Virus record (IMG/VR): IMGVR_UViG_3300045988_080614
DNA: 64,000 nt
Direction: 5' to 3' (one strand)
From: a virus
In this document: piece by piece, positions 54,858-63,454 of the stretch
Layout: every line of letters begins with the position of its first letter
Position numbering within the stretch: position 1 is the stretch's first letter
Notes under the pieces: model-generated
What the model was told of the DNA's origin: nothing
The model's input: the letters and a program-made list of their open reading frames with translations, nothing else
The model's database searches: none
Position numbers and translations under genes: made by a program

Positions 54858-55109
54858 ATGAATTATTTATTAAAACTTATACAGAATAATACAGGAGTAA
54901 GTTCTAAGAATTTCTTTCTAGTATCTGTAACTATTGTAGGTATATTATTACTTATAGTACCTATAATAGTATTATTAGTAGAAGTATTTAATGAACATAC
55001 AATACATACAGATTTAAGTGGTATGGCACAATATATTACAGCAGTAGCGGCTATATTTACATCTGTAGGTATTACTAAAGCATGGTCAGAAAAATATGAA
55101 AAGAAATAA
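54858..55109 (+). CDS. small two-helix membrane protein embedded in the tRNA array (holin-like topology; function unproven)
   Basis: ATG at 54858, 2 nt after tRNA-Lys: MNYLLKLIQ...FFLVSVTIVGILLLIVPIIVLLV...YITAVAAIFTSVGITKAW. The track's TTG start at 54798 lies inside the tRNA. Confidence 0.45.
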   Translation: MNYLLKLIQNNTGVSSKNFFLVSVTIVGILLLIVPIIVLLVEVFNEHTIHTDLSGMAQYITAVAAIFTSVGITKAWSEKYEKK

Positions 55110-55181
55110 GCTTCTCTATATCAATGATAGATTGTCACCCTTGTAAGGTGAAGGTTATAGGTTTGAGTCCTATGAGAAGCT
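55110..55181 (+). tRNA. tRNA-Thr(TGT)
   Basis: Perfect acceptor gcttctc/gagaagc, anticodon stem tcacc/ggtga with loop ctTGTaa, T arm atagg-tttgagt-cctat. Irregular D arm. Confidence 0.65.
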
Positions 55182-55208
55182 CAATATAAACTTTAAATTT
55201 GTATTATT

Positions 55209-55319
55209 ATGAAAGTTATTACATTTGTAAAAAACATGATTAAAGCTTATTTTAAAGCTTATGCAGATGCTATGGAACCATTCTATAAACATGGTATTTC
55301 TCCTATGTGTCCTGCATAA
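55209..55319 (+). CDS. very small ORF (36 aa), doubtful
   Basis: Hand-translated MKVITFVKNMIKAYFKAYADAMEPFYKHGISPMCPA. Followed by two hairpins. Confidence 0.25.
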   Translation: MKVITFVKNMIKAYFKAYADAMEPFYKHGISPMCPA

Positions 55320-55370
55320 TTAATTGATGTTTAAAGTGTTATGAGCAATATGGCTCATACACTATGTTTG

Positions 55371-55393
55371 AGGAGGGTAATACCTCCTTTTTT
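55371..55393 (+). terminator. intrinsic terminator
   Basis: aggagg-gtaata-cctcct hairpin followed by a T-run. Confidence 0.55.
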
Positions 55394-55430
55394 AATGACT
55401 GTTAATTAAGTGTTAAAGTATGTAATTTCC

Positions 55431-55461
55431 TTGTATAATATAAATATTTGTATTATCTTTG
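55431..55461 (+). promoter_or_regulatory. Bacteroidota-type promoter (cTTG-N20-TATCTTTG) before tRNA-Leu
   Basis: The -7 box at 55454-55461 lies 20 nt before the tRNA 5' end. Confidence 0.5.
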
Positions 55462-55481
55462 CAGCAGTTAAATAAAACAAT

Positions 55482-55565
55482 GCTCCTATGGTGGAATTGG
55501 TAGACACAAGGGACTTAAAATCCCTCAGCCTTTAGGCTATGCAAGTTCAAATCTTGTTAGGAGTA
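55482..55565 (+). tRNA. tRNA-Leu(TAA), long variable arm
   Basis: Anticodon stem aggga/tccct with loop ctTAAaa. Variable-arm hairpin agcc-ttta-ggct. T arm gcaag-ttcaaat-cttgt. Confidence 0.85.
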
Positions 55566-55587
55566 CTAATATAAAAATATTAAGAGT

Positions 55588-55776
55588 ATGGCAATAAAAA
55601 GTGATTTACAATGGCAGGCAGAAGATGATGCTAGAACAATGGCTAGGTATCAGGAAATTATGTCTGATAAAGCTAGATTAAAGAGAGCAACAACTGCTGC
55701 AAGAAAAGAAGCAGCTAATTTAACTAAAAGAGCAAATGCAATGAATGCTGCTGCTAAAGGAGGAAGGAGAAAATAA
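55588..55776 (+). CDS. small hypothetical protein
   Basis: 62-aa helical, basic ORF. Confidence 0.45.
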   Translation: MAIKSDLQWQAEDDARTMARYQEIMSDKARLKRATTAARKEAANLTKRANAMNAAAKGGRRK

Positions 55777-55777
55777 T

Positions 55778-55927
55778 ATGGCAGGAATGTTAAAAACAAT
55801 AAATAGTTGTTCAGGTACAACTAGTAAAGAATTACGTGATAATATTAATAAGAAAGATATTACTAAGGACCAAATAGTTGATATAGTATATGCTATAAAT
55901 AGGTTCTATTGTTTCTATTATGAATAG
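55778..55927 (+). CDS. small hypothetical protein (49 aa)
   Basis: ATG at 55778 preceded by aggaggaaggag. The track start at 55745 overlaps the previous gene. Confidence 0.4.
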   Translation: MAGMLKTINSCSGTTSKELRDNINKKDITKDQIVDIVYAINRFYCFYYE

Positions 55928-55933
55928 GTTAAT

Positions 55934-56161
55934 ATGGAGAAGTTTAATAATGAACATAAAGAAGAATACAATAAAGAACCTGTATATTATTGCAAGAAAT
56001 GCCTATCTTTAAAAATAGGATATGTAGCAGTATTAGAGGGTTCAGAATATTGTGAAGATTGTAATTCTACTAATATAGGAAAAGCTCCTATTGAAGAGTG
56101 GGATAAAATGTTTTTTAATAAATATGGTTATCATTATTTAGAAGAATTTAAAGATAAATAA
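55934..56161 (+). CDS. small zinc-ribbon protein
   Basis: CKKC...CEDC pairs. Confidence 0.5.
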   Translation: MEKFNNEHKEEYNKEPVYYCKKCLSLKIGYVAVLEGSEYCEDCNSTNIGKAPIEEWDKMFFNKYGYHYLEEFKDK

Positions 56162-56163
56162 AT

Positions 56164-56427
56164 ATGGAAGAGAATAGAGAAAAAAAGAAACTCACTTATG
56201 AGCAGTTAAATGAAGTTGCTAATCAGTTAGCACAGGAGAATATGAAGCTTAAACAGAAGTGTCAAGAGCTTTATATGGCAGATACAATTAAGAGATTGGA
56301 ATTCTTGTTTAAGGTGGTAGAATCTACTTATCCTTTTAGTGCAGAATTTAGAGATACTTGTGCTAAAGAAATTATAGAACTTATGACTCCTGTACAGGAG
56401 AATAAAGAAGATAAAGAATCAGAATAA
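56164..56427 (+). CDS. hypothetical coiled-coil protein
   Basis: 87-aa ORF. Confidence 0.5.
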   Translation: MEENREKKKLTYEQLNEVANQLAQENMKLKQKCQELYMADTIKRLEFLFKVVESTYPFSAEFRDTCAKEIIELMTPVQENKEDKESE

Positions 56428-56428
56428 A

Positions 56429-56824
56429 ATGGATAGACCAAATAGTGCACTAAAAGTTCCTTATAAGAACTTAATGGGATTTTTCACACTATGGTTAAAG
56501 TTCTTAAGACCTTTTCATACTTTGTCAGATAGAGAGTTAGAAGTAGCTGCTTGTATGCTTAAAAACAGATATGAACTTAGTAAGAAAATATCTGATGAAA
56601 AGATACTAAATGATGTCTTATTCAGTAAAGAGAATAAAGATAAAATGATGAAAGAGTTACACATTACTAATCAATATTATCAAGTAATACTTGGTAAATT
56701 GAGAAAAGTAAAATTCATAAAGGATAATAAAATCTACTCAAGATTTATTCCAGAATATGAAGAAGGTAAGGTGTTTACTTTATTACTTGTATTTGATGAA
56801 GAAAAGATAAAAGATGAATTATAA
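56429..56824 (+). CDS. hypothetical protein, possible LuxR/sigma-region-4-like HTH
   Basis: LSDRELEVAACML...ELHITNQYYQVILGKLRKV. Confidence 0.45.
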   Translation: MDRPNSALKVPYKNLMGFFTLWLKFLRPFHTLSDRELEVAACMLKNRYELSKKISDEKILNDVLFSKENKDKMMKELHITNQYYQVILGKLRKVKFIKDNKIYSRFIPEYEEGKVFTLLLVFDEEKIKDEL

Positions 56825-57092
56825 AGATTCAGTTATAAAAGTAGCAAAAGAACTTAATTTAAGTGAAGAATTCGTAGATAAAGTATATAAAGCTTATTGG
56901 ATAACTATAAGAGACTATATGTCTTCTCTTCCTCTTAAAGAAAATCTTACAGAGGAAGAGTTCAATAGGCTTAGACCTAATATTAATATACCTTCTATAG
57001 GTAAGTTCTATGTTACTTATGATAGGTATAAGAATAAAAAGAAACAATTTAATATAATCAAAGAATTGAAGAGTAGAAATGAAGATAATTAA
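56814..57092 (+). CDS. possible HU/IHF-like DNA-binding protein
   Basis: 92 aa. VAKELNLSEEFVDKVYKAY...IPSIGKFYVTYDRYKNKKK resembles the HU fold pattern. Confidence 0.4.
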   Translation: MNYKDSVIKVAKELNLSEEFVDKVYKAYWITIRDYMSSLPLKENLTEEEFNRLRPNINIPSIGKFYVTYDRYKNKKKQFNIIKELKSRNEDN

Positions 57093-57504
57093 AGCAAAGA
57101 AAATTAAACCTACATTTGACCATGTAGTAACTTCTTTAAATCTTTATGAAGAGGATTTATATGAGAATGGTATTATTACTCATGGTAAAGGAGAACCAAT
57201 GATGGAACAAACTGTAATAGCAGCAGGTCCTAATACTCCATTTGCTGAAGGTATGATAGTACATATTAATCCTATTAAATATGCTAGAATGAAGCATAAG
57301 AAAGGTTCCGTTAAAGATGGTGTTATTGAAGATAATTCTGTTATAGATTATGTTCTTCCTATTATCTCTATGGGAGATAAACTAGTACTATTATTACAGT
57401 CAAATGATATTGATTATATTATTGAAGAGTGGGATGATGTTGAAGTAGAAAAACCTAAGAAACAGACTCTTATTCTTCCTGGAAAAAAAAGTATTATTGT
57501 CTAA
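57079..57504 (+). CDS. possible GroES/gp31-like co-chaperonin
   Basis: IKPTFDHVV...GII...EQTVIAAGP...EGMIVHIN...DKLVLLLQSNDIDYII follows the Cpn10 pattern. Confidence 0.35.
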   Translation: MKIIKAKKIKPTFDHVVTSLNLYEEDLYENGIITHGKGEPMMEQTVIAAGPNTPFAEGMIVHINPIKYARMKHKKGSVKDGVIEDNSVIDYVLPIISMGDKLVLLLQSNDIDYIIEEWDDVEVEKPKKQTLILPGKKSIIV

Positions 57505-57510
57505 TTAAAT

Positions 57511-57544
57511 AGTCCTAGTCAAAAGCTAGGACTTTAATTTTTTA
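57511..57544 (+). terminator. intrinsic terminator
   Basis: agtcctag-tcaaaag-ctaggact hairpin followed by ttaatttttt. Confidence 0.55.
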
Positions 57545-57551
57545 TAGAGAT

Positions 57552-58094
57552 ATGAAGTTATTAAAATATGAAGGATATAATCTTACTTTTGAACCTGAAA
57601 TATTAGCTCTTAAAGTATTTAAGAAGTTACATACTAGAGACCATTCAAAAGATAAATCAAGATTTATTCAAGAGTTAGCTTTTATATATTTTTATTCAGA
57701 CCCTAGGTCTGATTATCAATATTTAACTGATGAGAATGAAAGACTTAAAGCTATAGTAGAAGGAGAAGGTTTACCTGATGATTGGAAGATAGATAAAATA
57801 TTACAGGATGCTATAGATTATTATAGTTCTTTTAAGCCTACTTCTGCATTATTACTTGAAGATACTAGAGCAGCAGTAGATAAGTTAAGACAGTTATTAA
57901 GAAATATAGATTTAACAGAAGTTGATGATAAAGGTAAACCTATATATACTCTTAATACTATTACTGCTACAATTAAACAAGTTCCTTCATTAGTTAAGGA
58001 TTTAGATGAAGCAGAAAAGACTATAGCTAGAGAAATTATGCAAGATGAATCTATTAGAGGTTCACAAGAAAAATCAATGTTTGAAGATGAATAA
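57552..58094 (+). CDS. hypothetical protein
   Basis: 180-aa ORF. Confidence 0.5.
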   Translation: MKLLKYEGYNLTFEPEILALKVFKKLHTRDHSKDKSRFIQELAFIYFYSDPRSDYQYLTDENERLKAIVEGEGLPDDWKIDKILQDAIDYYSSFKPTSALLLEDTRAAVDKLRQLLRNIDLTEVDDKGKPIYTLNTITATIKQVPSLVKDLDEAEKTIAREIMQDESIRGSQEKSMFEDE

Positions 58095-58419
58095 TATGAA
58101 TATAGAAGATTTTAACAATAAGCAGTTTGATATATTTGGCACTACTTTTACTATTAAACTAGTAGATACATTAGATGCAGATGATAATCTACTTCATTAT
58201 GGACTTACTAAAGGTAATATAAGAGAGGTAAGAATAAGTAGAGAAGTAATAAAAGCTAAGCAACCTGATTCAGAGTTATATTTAACATTAGTTCATGAGA
58301 TTGTACATGTTATATTGGATACAGGACAATATCTTGAAGAATCAGGGAACGAAGCATTAGTTGAATGGTTAACTAGATGTATTATATCATTATTAAAACA
58401 AGGTATATTATGCAAATAG
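58087..58419 (+). CDS. small HExxH metallopeptidase-like protein
   Basis: LTLVHEIVHVILD. ATGs at 58087 and 58096; the track start at 58045 overlaps the upstream gene. Confidence 0.45.
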   Translation: MNNMNIEDFNNKQFDIFGTTFTIKLVDTLDADDNLLHYGLTKGNIREVRISREVIKAKQPDSELYLTLVHEIVHVILDTGQYLEESGNEALVEWLTRCIISLLKQGILCK

Positions 58420-58736
58420 AAGATATAACAAGTGCTTTAAATAAGTATTTAGAAGATAAAAGAAAACTTGAAAAGTTAGATATAAAAGGACATTTTGTAG
58501 TTAAAAGAAATATCAAAACTATGAAACCTCCTATTTATAAGAAGTTTATTATCAAGCTCTATTATGTTACTCCTATACAGGATAAAGAGATATTTATAAT
58601 AATGAACATAGATAAATGTCCTAGTGGTTCAGAAGATATTTATTGGGAAAACTTAAGTAAGGAATATCTTTTATATGTATTTAATTTAATGAGAACTGAA
58701 ACTTTTACTAAATTAATATATGGCAATATTGATTGA
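58410..58736 (+). CDS. hypothetical protein
   Basis: The ATG at 58410 (MQIEDITSAL...) overlaps the upstream stop. Confidence 0.45.
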   Translation: MQIEDITSALNKYLEDKRKLEKLDIKGHFVVKRNIKTMKPPIYKKFIIKLYYVTPIQDKEIFIIMNIDKCPSGSEDIYWENLSKEYLLYVFNLMRTETFTKLIYGNID

Positions 58737-60969
58737 AACTAATGAATATCAAACTCCTATAACTGAAGAATTACTTTCTCAATATCCAGAGGAAGTAGTT
58801 CAACAGTTTACAGAGATTGTTAATATAGTTCCTTTTATTAAGAATCTTATTAATCCTAATAGACCTAAGATAGAAGATTTACCTAGAGATAAAGAAGGTA
58901 GAGCTATTGTAGATATAACTAATCCTCCTATATATAAAGATGCAGATTATTTTAGACAAGCAGCATTATTTTATTTAAAGAATGATTGTTATACCAAATT
59001 GAGACCTAATAGTAATCCTAATAGTGAATATAGAAAGTATTGGAGAGAAGAATTAAGAAGATGTAGAGAAGGACTTATAAGACAATCTGATGGTATGTAT
59101 GTTACTGGTTTTCTTTACTGGTTTCTTAATTATTGTCCAATGATGGTAAACTTCTATAAAGAAGGACAAAAGAAAGCTATAAGAAAGGAATCTTTTGGTT
59201 TCTTCTTTGAAGGTATATGGTGGAGAAGTATATATCTTTATAATGCTAGAGAGCAAGGACATCATGCAATAGAATTAGCAAAAAGAGGTTGTGCCAAGAG
59301 CTATTTTTTAGCTACAATAATGTCACATAATCTTATTGTAGGAGAATCAGAAGCTACACATAAAAGATGTATTACAGTACTTACTGCTGCACAAAAAGAG
59401 TATCTTAAAGATGATAAGGATGGTACTTTAAATAAGTTTATACCAGAGCTTTCATTTGTTATAGATAATACTCCTTTTCCTAATCTTTTATTAAAGAATT
59501 CACCTAATGAAATGTCTTGGCAAATGGGGTATAAGAAACCTAATGGTGCTATAGGTGGTTCTATGAATCAGGTATTAGGTGTATCTGCTAAGGATGATAG
59601 TGATAAACTTAGAGGTAAGAGAGGTTGGATATTATATGAAGAGATGGGTACTTTTGATGGCTTATTGGAACTATATGATGTAACTAGAAAATCAGTAGAA
59701 GATGGTGATTATACTTTTGCATGTATGTATCTAGTTGGTACAGCAAACAATAAAGAATCATCATTTTTATCTGCTAAGAAATTATTATATGCACCTAACT
59801 CTTATAATATACAAAGTGTACCTAATGTATATGATAAAAAGGGTAGTGGTAAAGATACTTTTGGCTTCTTTTTTCCTGCATATATTAATAGAGCAGGATG
59901 TTATAACAAAGATGGTATATCTGATGTAATTAAAGCCCTATTACAAGTATTAATGGCTAGATATAAAGCTAAATATGGTGCAGACCCTACATCAGTACTT
60001 AGAGTTATAGCAGAGGACCCTATTACACCAGCAGAGGCTATTATTAAGGTAAAAGATGCATATTTCCCTGTAGCTTCTTTACAAGAAAGAGCTGATACTC
60101 TTGATAAGAATCCTAGTTTATATGATGATGTATATGTAGGAGAGTTATATACTACTGGTACAGGAGAAATAGAATTTAGACCAACAGATGATATTCCTAT
60201 TAGAACTTATCCAGTAGATAATGATACTAAAGGTGCTTTAGAGATATATTCTATGCCTAAGAAAGATAGAGAAGGTAAAGTATTTAATGATAGATATATT
60301 ATAGGAGTAGACCCATATGACAATGACCAAGCAGAATCTCATTCTTTATATAGTATCTTTGTTTTAGATACATTTGTAGATAACTTAGCTGCTGAATATA
60401 CTGGTAGAACAAACTTTGCTGACGAAGCACATGATATGGTACTTAAACTATGTATTTTCTATAATGCTAAAGCTTTATATGAAAGTAATAAGAAGGGTTT
60501 ATATTCTTATATGGAAAAGACTAGAAATACATTTAGATTAGCTGATACTCCAGAATATTTAAGAGATAAACAATTAGTTAAGTATTCTTCTTTTGGTTCT
60601 AATGCTAAAGGTGTTAATGTTAGTGCTAATATCAATAACTTTGCAAATAGACTTATTAAGGATTGGTTATTAATGAAAGTACCTATAGAAGTTAAACAAG
60701 AAGATGGACATATAGAAATACAGGAAGTACCTAAATTATATACATTAAAGAATAGAGCCTTAATTGAAGAGGCAATTCAATTTAATCCAGATATAAATGT
60801 GGATAGAATTAGAGCTTTAGGTATATTAATGCTCTATAGAGAGCAATATATTATTAGATATGGTACAGGAAGAACAGAATCTAGTTCAGAAAGATTAAGT
60901 AAAGATTATGCAGGTAATGATGAATTCTTTACTAAGAATTTTGATGCTAGACATATAGGTAAACAGTAA
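58720..60969 (+). CDS. terL: terminase large subunit
   Basis: 749 aa, immediately upstream of the portal gene. ATPase-like ELAKRGCAKSYF and nuclease-like IIGVDPYDND motifs. Confidence 0.75.
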   Translation: MAILIETNEYQTPITEELLSQYPEEVVQQFTEIVNIVPFIKNLINPNRPKIEDLPRDKEGRAIVDITNPPIYKDADYFRQAALFYLKNDCYTKLRPNSNPNSEYRKYWREELRRCREGLIRQSDGMYVTGFLYWFLNYCPMMVNFYKEGQKKAIRKESFGFFFEGIWWRSIYLYNAREQGHHAIELAKRGCAKSYFLATIMSHNLIVGESEATHKRCITVLTAAQKEYLKDDKDGTLNKFIPELSFVIDNTPFPNLLLKNSPNEMSWQMGYKKPNGAIGGSMNQVLGVSAKDDSDKLRGKRGWILYEEMGTFDGLLELYDVTRKSVEDGDYTFACMYLVGTANNKESSFLSAKKLLYAPNSYNIQSVPNVYDKKGSGKDTFGFFFPAYINRAGCYNKDGISDVIKALLQVLMARYKAKYGADPTSVLRVIAEDPITPAEAIIKVKDAYFPVASLQERADTLDKNPSLYDDVYVGELYTTGTGEIEFRPTDDIPIRTYPVDNDTKGALEIYSMPKKDREGKVFNDRYIIGVDPYDNDQAESHSLYSIFVLDTFVDNLAAEYTGRTNFADEAHDMVLKLCIFYNAKALYESNKKGLYSYMEKTRNTFRLADTPEYLRDKQLVKYSSFGSNAKGVNVSANINNFANRLIKDWLLMKVPIEVKQEDGHIEIQEVPKLYTLKNRALIEEAIQFNPDINVDRIRALGILMLYREQYIIRYGTGRTESSSERLSKDYAGNDEFFTKNFDARHIGKQ

Positions 60970-60998
60970 ATTTAGTAAAAATAGATTAAAATAATAAG

Positions 60999-61034
60999 AA
61001 ATCCACTTATATATAGGTATAAGTGGATTTTTTT
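60999..61034 (+). terminator. intrinsic terminator
   Basis: 13-bp stem aaatccacttata/tataagtggattt followed by a T-run. Confidence 0.6.
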
Positions 61035-61037
61035 ATA

Positions 61038-61045
61038 TATCTTTG
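61038..61045 (+). promoter_or_regulatory. -7 box TATCTTTG upstream of the portal gene
   Basis: 24 nt before the ATG at 61070. No clear -33 TTTG. Confidence 0.4.
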
Positions 61046-61069
61046 CAAGCAAATTAAATTAATAATAAT

Positions 61070-63454
61070 ATGAGTGAAATAAGTAGTTTTCCAAGACAGG
61101 CTTTACCATTTTCTAGAAAGACTAAAAAGTGGAGAAAACAATGCCTAGATTTTTTTGATTCTAAATCATTCACTCATTATTCTCTATGCAGAAAGAGTGT
61201 TCTTCATAAGAAGATTAACTATGATTTATTATTAGGTAAATTACATATGAATGATTTGCAGTTAATATTAAATCCAGATGATATTAAAGCAGATTATATA
61301 CCTAATAAAATACAACATTATAGTATTCTTCTTCCTAAACTTAATGTTCTTCAAGGAGAAGAATCAAAAAGAGTATTTGATTATAGAGTTATAGTAACTA
61401 ATCCTACTGCTATTTCTGAAATAGAAGAGAATAAGAAAAAAGAATTAAATCAGAGATTACAGGAATGGATAACTGATAATTCTATGAGTGATGAAGAAGC
61501 TAGTCAGGAATTAGATAGAATTAATGATTACTTTACATATAATTGGCAGGATGCAAGAGAACAAAGAGGAAATTTAATCCTTAATCATTATGTCAAGCAA
61601 TATGATATGAAAGTAATGTTTAATGAGGGATTCAGAGATGCAATGACTGTAGGTGAAGAAATCTATCAATGTAGTATTGAAGGAGGAGAACCTGTAGTAA
61701 GAAGACTAAATCCTTTAAAAGTAAGAATACTCAAATCAGGATATAGTAATAGAATAGAAGATGCAGATATTATTATTCTTGAAGATTATTGGAGTCCTGG
61801 AAGAATAATAGATACATTCCATGATGTATTAAAGAAGAAAGATATTGATTATATTGAGAATCTTAAAGTAGGTATTGATGAAGGTAAAACAGATGAAATG
61901 AGTAATGTTGACCCTAGATATACTATGATACCTACTAATTTCTTAGATGAAAATATTGAAGTTAATAATGCAGAAGTAAGCCAAGAAGGTTTCTTTAGTT
62001 CTATCACAGATGGATATACAGAAAGCCTTATGCCTTATGATATGGCAGGTAATATTAAAGTACTTAGAGTATATTGGAAATCTAAAAGAAAAATTAAGAA
62101 AGTAAAATCTTATGATGAAGATGGTGAACCTCAATATAATTTCTATTCAGAAGATTATGTAATTAATGAAAACTTAGGTGAAGAAGAAGAAACTTATTAT
62201 ATTAATCAGGCATGGGAAGGTACTAAGATAGGTGAGAATATCTATGTTAATATGAGACCTTGTGTTGTACAATATAATAGTTTAATGAATCCTTCAAAAT
62301 GTCATTTTGGTATTATAGGTTCTTTATATAATCTTAATGATAATAAGCCTTTCAGTTTAGTTGATATGATGAAACCATATAACTATTTATATGATGTTAT
62401 TCATGATAGATTAAATAAATTAATTGCTAGAAACTGGGGTACTTTAGTTAGTTTTGATTTCTCTAAGAAACCTAAGAATTGGGGAATGGATAAATGGATG
62501 TATTTTGCTAAGACTTTAGGATTATATGTTCAAGATTCTTTTAATGAAGGTAATGTAGGTGCTGCTACAGGAAAACTTGCAGGAGCTATGAATAATGCTT
62601 CAAATGGAGTTATATCTGCAAGTGATGCTAATCAGATACAATCTTATGTAGAATTGCTTACCTTTATTAAAAATGAAATGTCAGAAGTAGCAGGTATTTC
62701 TCCTCAAAGAGAAGGTCAAGTTAGTAATAGAGAAACTGTAGGTGGAGTTGAAAGAGCAACATTGCAATCTGCACATATTACTGAATGGTTATTTGTTACA
62801 CATGAAAACTTAAAGAAAAGAGTTCTTGAAGCTTTTATTGAAACAGCTAAAATAGCTATGAAAGGTAATAAGAAGAAATTCCAATATATATTACCTGATG
62901 GTGCTTTAAAGATGATAGAAATAGATGGTGATGAATTTGCTGAATGTGACTATGGTTTAGTTGTAGATAATAGTGAAGCTTCTCAAAAGTTGAATCAACA
63001 GATAGAGACATTAGCACAAGCAGCTTTACAAAATCAGACATTATCATTCTCTACTATTATGCAGTTATTTGGTACAGCTTCCCTTGCTGAAAAAATTAAT
63101 ATGGTTAAGAAAGATGAGAATGCCAAATTACAGCAATTACAACAATCTCAACAACAGGAAGCACAACAAGCTCAAGCTACTTTACAACAGAAAGCTGAGA
63201 GTGAACAACTTCAAAGAGAGCAAGAATATAAGATGAATCAAGAGAATAATGAGACTAAGATATTAGTTGCTCAGATTAATGCAGCTTCTAAAGAAACTCC
63301 TACAGAGGAACCTGATAATTCTATGGAGCAAGCTAAACTTGATGAAAATAGAAGACAGTTTGATACTAATCTTGGATTCTTAAAGGAAAAACTTGATAAG
63401 GAATTATCAATTAAAAGACAACAAATTCATAAACAAGTAAATACTAAGAAATGA
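61070..63454 (+). CDS. portal protein
   Basis: 794-aa ORF after terL with a Gln-rich coiled C-terminus. Call rests on size and synteny only. Confidence 0.65.
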   Translation: MSEISSFPRQALPFSRKTKKWRKQCLDFFDSKSFTHYSLCRKSVLHKKINYDLLLGKLHMNDLQLILNPDDIKADYIPNKIQHYSILLPKLNVLQGEESKRVFDYRVIVTNPTAISEIEENKKKELNQRLQEWITDNSMSDEEASQELDRINDYFTYNWQDAREQRGNLILNHYVKQYDMKVMFNEGFRDAMTVGEEIYQCSIEGGEPVVRRLNPLKVRILKSGYSNRIEDADIIILEDYWSPGRIIDTFHDVLKKKDIDYIENLKVGIDEGKTDEMSNVDPRYTMIPTNFLDENIEVNNAEVSQEGFFSSITDGYTESLMPYDMAGNIKVLRVYWKSKRKIKKVKSYDEDGEPQYNFYSEDYVINENLGEEEETYYINQAWEGTKIGENIYVNMRPCVVQYNSLMNPSKCHFGIIGSLYNLNDNKPFSLVDMMKPYNYLYDVIHDRLNKLIARNWGTLVSFDFSKKPKNWGMDKWMYFAKTLGLYVQDSFNEGNVGAATGKLAGAMNNASNGVISASDANQIQSYVELLTFIKNEMSEVAGISPQREGQVSNRETVGGVERATLQSAHITEWLFVTHENLKKRVLEAFIETAKIAMKGNKKKFQYILPDGALKMIEIDGDEFAECDYGLVVDNSEASQKLNQQIETLAQAALQNQTLSFSTIMQLFGTASLAEKINMVKKDENAKLQQLQQSQQQEAQQAQATLQQKAESEQLQREQEYKMNQENNETKILVAQINAASKETPTEEPDNSMEQAKLDENRRQFDTNLGFLKEKLDKELSIKRQQIHKQVNTKK

